Source of the DNA: an uncultured Rhabdochlamydiaceae bacterium
GTDB taxonomy: Bacteria; Chlamydiota; Chlamydiia; Chlamydiales; Rhabdochlamydiaceae
Assembly: GCA_963712275.1 (NCBI GenBank)
Contig: CAVQHD010000001.1
Span: forward strand, 800,001 to 864,000
Direction of reading: 5' to 3'
DNA length: 64,000 nt
A program made the translations under genes and the position numbers. How positions within the stretch are numbered: position 1 is the stretch's first letter; each line of letters begins with the position of its first letter. This document shows, piece after piece, positions 60,599-64,000 of this stretch. The notes below the pieces were generated by a model, which was not told the origin of the DNA, ran no database searches, and saw only the letters and a list, made by a program, of their open reading frames with translations.

Positions 60599-61271
60599 TC
60601 CAGGATGCTCCTAAGGCGCTCAGGGCGCTTACCATCAAAAGACTCCAGCCTTGTATAAAATGGCCCAATGCTTTCTCCTTCGCCGTAATCCATTGATCCC
60701 GATCAAAGGAGCTTTTGCGTACGATATCAGATGTAAGCTCTATGCATCTCTTGAAGGTTTCAGGTGGGTTGAAAGCCCCAAATATTAACGACTCCGGAAA
60801 ATTGTAAAATCGATACCCTTCAGCTTTTGCTTGGCTTTTGACTTGCTCAAAAATTTTGTTTGTCACCTTCCTGTTTTCTATGGCCATGCTAAGAGATATT
60901 ACGATTTTAAATACCCCAGAAATACAGCTTGCAGTTCCAATGGCATCGAGGGTGGCTAGAGGATGAACGCAGAAAGTGAGGCCGTCTAAAACAACTTGAA
61001 AGAGGGGTCTCTTTATTAAATAAAAGGCAGCATACATAGATGCGTAAGTCGCAAAAATGGCACCTGTCTTTAGGATTCCTGAAATGAAATGATGCGTCTC
61101 ATTCTTTTTCTGCTGACCATCAGTGGTTTGAGAAAAACGGTAAAGACTTTTTGCTGTATCGCGCAGTGTCAAAACTAACATCACCATAAAAGCAACCTTT
61201 AGACTGTTAACATTTGCATAACATTTGAACTCCTCTAAAGGATAACTCTCGGAGGACAACACCAATTGCAC
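60519..61271 (-). CDS. Hypothetical membrane protein (start uncertain)
   Basis: Several hydrophobic segments; overlaps the TpsA 3' end by 80 bp. Confidence 0.55.
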   Translation of the reverse strand: MQLVLSSESYPLEEFKCYANVNSLKVAFMVMLVLTLRDTAKSLYRFSQTTDGQQKKNETHHFISGILKTGAIFATYASMYAAFYLIKRPLFQVVLDGLTFCVHPLATLDAIGTASCISGVFKIVISLSMAIENRKVTNKIFEQVKSQAKAEGYRFYNFPESLIFGAFNPPETFKRCIELTSDIVRKSSFDRDQWITAKEKALGHFIQGWSLLMVSALSALGASWTIHVPQIFWLDRKLESCSRWLASCVV

Positions 61272-61629
61272 TTGTCCCGATTGTGAGACCTAGGCATTTA
61301 GTTTTGGTGATGGTTTGGGGTGCGTCAAGAGGATTCGTCTCTTTCAGCGTTAACCAAAGCACACCTGCTGCAGTTAGAATTCCGATGCTGTATCCCAGGG
61401 CATAGCCGACGTCTGTATTTTCGTTAGCCCATGCGTAGTAGGCTCCCTTTGTAACAAGATAAGCAGTTTTACCACCTGCAAAAGCCATCATATTAGCGAA
61501 AGCTGCAGTCTTTGAATCAACTTTAGCAAAGTATGTGGTTAATAATGTTCCTGCTCCGATAAATCCACTTCCTTCTAAAAACTGCCATACTTTTCCCTCC
61601 ATTCTTGGGCTCATCATTGATGTACACAT
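61207..61629 (-). CDS. Hypothetical membrane protein
   Basis: GGAGG RBS; Gly/Ala-rich hydrophobic segments. Confidence 0.6.
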   Translation of the reverse strand: MCTSMMSPRMEGKVWQFLEGSGFIGAGTLLTTYFAKVDSKTAAFANMMAFAGGKTAYLVTKGAYYAWANENTDVGYALGYSIGILTAAGVLWLTLKETNPLDAPQTITKTKCLGLTIGTSAIGVVLRELSFRGVQMLCKC

Positions 61630-61685
61630 ATCATTAACCTCCCTTTAAGATTTTGTTTATAGGTTAGCGGGTTATAACAATTTCA

Positions 61686-63050
61686 TCAAGTGTCGCAAAG
61701 AGATTTAAACAATAGAAGACGATGAAGAAGGAGCGCTTCGGGATGATGTTCAGGCTCTCTTTTTAAGACGTGTTCCCAATGGGTCCAGACAGGGTTAAAA
61801 ATTTTTTGAGTTGCCAGCTGTTCATCGAAATCGTGGAGAAGAAGAGCAGAGGTTCCATCCTCAAGAGGAGACTTGGGAAAAATTGTTTCGAAATGGATCA
61901 GAAATTGTTCGATGAGATGGCGGCAGTTGCTGAGGCTTTCAGTGAGCTCATGCCAGATCCAGCGGCCCTCGGTTGGTTTGCATGAGGCAAACAGCTGTGT
62001 GGTAAAAGAGGAGACGCCTTCAGGTCCTGCGTAGGAGTTAAGGTGGGCGGAGGGGATGGCTGGCATGAGGGGGTTGGCTTTGGAAACCACGCCCCATGTC
62101 TGCTCCGGATGATGGAGGGCCCAGTTGTTTAACCATTCTGCGGCCAGTAGCCAATCGGGCCTTGTGTGCCTTCCATCTTCAAGGGGGATTGAAGGGCCTT
62201 GCTTTGGAAGATCAACTCCTTTTGCATACGCCTCTTTTCCGGAGGTGGCAAAGTCAACGCCGGCCAAGTAAACAGCAGGGGAGCCGAGTGCTGTTGCAAG
62301 GGCAGCTCCGCACGTGGCTGCTGTCCACCCTCCATCAAAAGAGGTGAAAATACCTAGTTTTTCTTCAATCCATTGCTGCACAGGAAAATCCCCCGTTCCT
62401 GGAATTAAAAACCGAACCCCTTCCATTTGCTTTGCAACTTCGTGGCTTGTTCTGAGTTGATAGAAGAGGGGGATGGTTGTTCTAGTAAACTGATGGATAG
62501 GGTCGGGATCGACCTGCAGGGTTAAATGAGGCTCGATTCCTACAGCTAAAAGCGCTTTGAGGCCTGCCCCGCATGCGATGATTAGAAATCGGTCTCGGTG
62601 TTCTTTTAAAAAGGGAATAGCTTCCTTCAGGGAAGGACCTGCGCCGCAAACGACTGCAGGGAACCGACCAAATTGCCCAAAGCAATCGACGGCTAAACAT
62701 GTTGGAGATTGCAGATGGGCGCGGTAATTGGTCAAAAGGGCTTTTCCATGATCAATAAAATCGGAGGCTCTCAAATGAACTTCTGTTTGAATGCGGGCAA
62801 GACGTTTAAGGAGCGGGTGAGCCGGCTCTTCGTACGAAAAAGGGAGGTAGAGAAGCTCGGCCGCTACTTGATAAAAGGAGCCTTCATTCTTAGCAGAAAT
62901 AGGATGGATACGGGGGTGATTCAATTGAAGCAAGAGAGAGTCGTCTTCGACAATCCAAACGACATACCGATCAGGTTTTGCAGAAACCCACTGCGACAGT
63001 TGCTGCTGTTTTTGAGGGTTCCATGAGGTGGCACAAAAGACCTCACCCAT
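61686..63050 (-). CDS. Motility-associated-factor (MAF_flag10 / DUF115, MptE-like) glycosyltransferase-family protein (start MGEVF)
   Basis: AVVCGAGPSL...IIACGAGLKALL..GIEPHL...VDP, LG...VYLAGVDFA; ATG 63050 overlaps the upstream stop. Confidence 0.8.
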   Translation of the reverse strand: MGEVFCATSWNPQKQQQLSQWVSAKPDRYVVWIVEDDSLLLQLNHPRIHPISAKNEGSFYQVAAELLYLPFSYEEPAHPLLKRLARIQTEVHLRASDFIDHGKALLTNYRAHLQSPTCLAVDCFGQFGRFPAVVCGAGPSLKEAIPFLKEHRDRFLIIACGAGLKALLAVGIEPHLTLQVDPDPIHQFTRTTIPLFYQLRTSHEVAKQMEGVRFLIPGTGDFPVQQWIEEKLGIFTSFDGGWTAATCGAALATALGSPAVYLAGVDFATSGKEAYAKGVDLPKQGPSIPLEDGRHTRPDWLLAAEWLNNWALHHPEQTWGVVSKANPLMPAIPSAHLNSYAGPEGVSSFTTQLFASCKPTEGRWIWHELTESLSNCRHLIEQFLIHFETIFPKSPLEDGTSALLLHDFDEQLATQKIFNPVWTHWEHVLKREPEHHPEALLLHRLLLFKSLCDT

Positions 63051-63477
63051 GCAGATGCCGGGTGAGCTCTGGGAAGGAGGGGAGGCTTGGAATCTCGCAC
63101 AGATGGCAGGAGAGCGCATACCGAAACCGAATTTGAGAGGCACTTGCGATGGCCACATAGGGAGCTTTCACATAATGGTTGTAAGCAAGGGCTTGATCGA
63201 GGGTCTCTTGTGTTAAAGTCTCTTTACATTCCATAAGCAGCAGGGGTTTAAGAGTGTCTGCACATTTCATAAAGCAGAGTAAATCGATGCGTCTTTCAGG
63301 TAAAGGGTTTGGATCTCTTGCTAAGTGGGGAAGCGTCTTCAGCTGCTTTTCAACGGCTAGAAGCTCTTTTGGAAATTTCAATGTTTCGACCATTCGTTGG
63401 ACCCAAGTCTGACGCACAATCTCCTCCGGCGTTGCAGCAACCCATACCTGCCGAATGATATCAAAAACTTTTTTCAT
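63043..63477 (-). CDS. Standalone type I restriction enzyme R N-terminal-like (HSDR_N_2) protein
   Basis: FDIIRQVWVAATPEEIVRQ, LAVEK, RRIDL, LLMECK, QALAYN. Confidence 0.8.
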   Translation of the reverse strand: MKKVFDIIRQVWVAATPEEIVRQTWVQRMVETLKFPKELLAVEKQLKTLPHLARDPNPLPERRIDLLCFMKCADTLKPLLLMECKETLTQETLDQALAYNHYVKAPYVAIASASQIRFRYALSCHLCEIPSLPSFPELTRHLHG

Positions 63478-64000
63478 TCGGGAAATATAAGCCCGTAGTG
63501 GCCATCTTTTCGGCGGTAGATCACCTTGAATTTATTGTCTTCAAGCCCCTTAAAGAGCATAAAGTGATCATCGGAAAGCTCCATCTTCATGATGGCTTCT
63601 TCGGTTGTTAGAGTTTTTAGAGGACGTGTATCTGATCCAATAATTTGAGGAGGGCGGTACTCTTCGATTTGCTGGGTTAGGTTCTCAGATTCAATAGCTG
63701 CATTAATCATCTCAAGATCATCGAAAGGGCGTTGCAGCACATTGATTTGCATATCAACGGCCGACCGTCCTTTTTTATGATGATCTTGAATGCGACTTTT
63801 CCAGCGGCGGATTTTCGCTCGAAGTTTCTCAACGGCTTTGTCGATGGAAGCGTACATATCGGTGCTGCTGGCTGATACTTTAACTCTGAAATGATCCAAT
63901 TGAAGCAGAATGACAACAGACTGCTCCATTTTTTGAATGTCCATGGTGACATGAAGATCCATCACATGGTTATGAAAGCGGTCGATTTTGGAGAGCTTGT
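63474..64000 (-). CDS. hpf: Long-form ribosome hibernation promoting factor (HPF/RaiA), 5' end outside the window
   Basis: DMYASIDKAVEKL, LTTEEAIMKMEL..DHFMLF, VIYRRKDGHYGLI; frame stays open to the window end. Confidence 0.92.
   Translation of the reverse strand, partial: KLSKIDRFHNHVMDLHVTMDIQKMEQSVVILLQLDHFRVKVSASSTDMYASIDKAVEKLRAKIRRWKSRIQDHHKKGRSAVDMQINVLQRPFDDLEMINAAIESENLTQQIEEYRPPQIIGSDTRPLKTLTTEEAIMKMELSDDHFMLFKGLEDNKFKVIYRRKDGHYGLIFPE

Noticed and set aside
63043..63477. Type I restriction-modification system
   Set aside because: Only a standalone HSDR_N-like domain; no helicase, hsdM or hsdS nearby.

Overview
Chromosomal window from a member of the Chlamydiota, probably an environmental lineage. 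The call rests on the rplQ-gap-grgA synteny and a spc/alpha operon lacking rpsN and rpmD. Bases 1-9.2 kb hold the end of the spc/alpha ribosomal operon, gap and grgA. A tRNA-Leu(TAA) at 9245-9328 is an integration hotspot: its 3' half recurs at 17400 and 19919. These repeats delimit an apparently intact ~8.1-kb phage-satellite-like element (tyrosine integrase, Xis-like HTH, DUF3987 protein, HGGxSTG protein, CPT and small membrane cargo) and a 2.5-kb decayed element with a HigBA-type TA pair. Each element end carries an 11-bp-spaced heptamer pair (putative integrase arm sites) at nearly the same distance from the att core but with element-specific sequence. Bases 20-33 kb form a plasticity zone with dinD and dinD remnants, a HEAT-repeat protein, a MITE, truncated genes, an AAA_14 ATPase, an M61 peptidase and orphans. 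Next come a GNAT, csaA and brnQ, which is preceded by an unannotated Val/Leu/Ile-rich leader peptide with attenuator-like pairing. A second AAA_14 ATPase and an intact DDE IS with palindromic ends follow. A 7452-aa TpsA/filamentous-haemagglutinin-like protein has no TpsB partner in the window. The window ends with two membrane orphans, a MAF/DUF115 protein, an HSDR_N-like protein and a partial hpf. All calls are by eye from sequence motifs; no database search was run.
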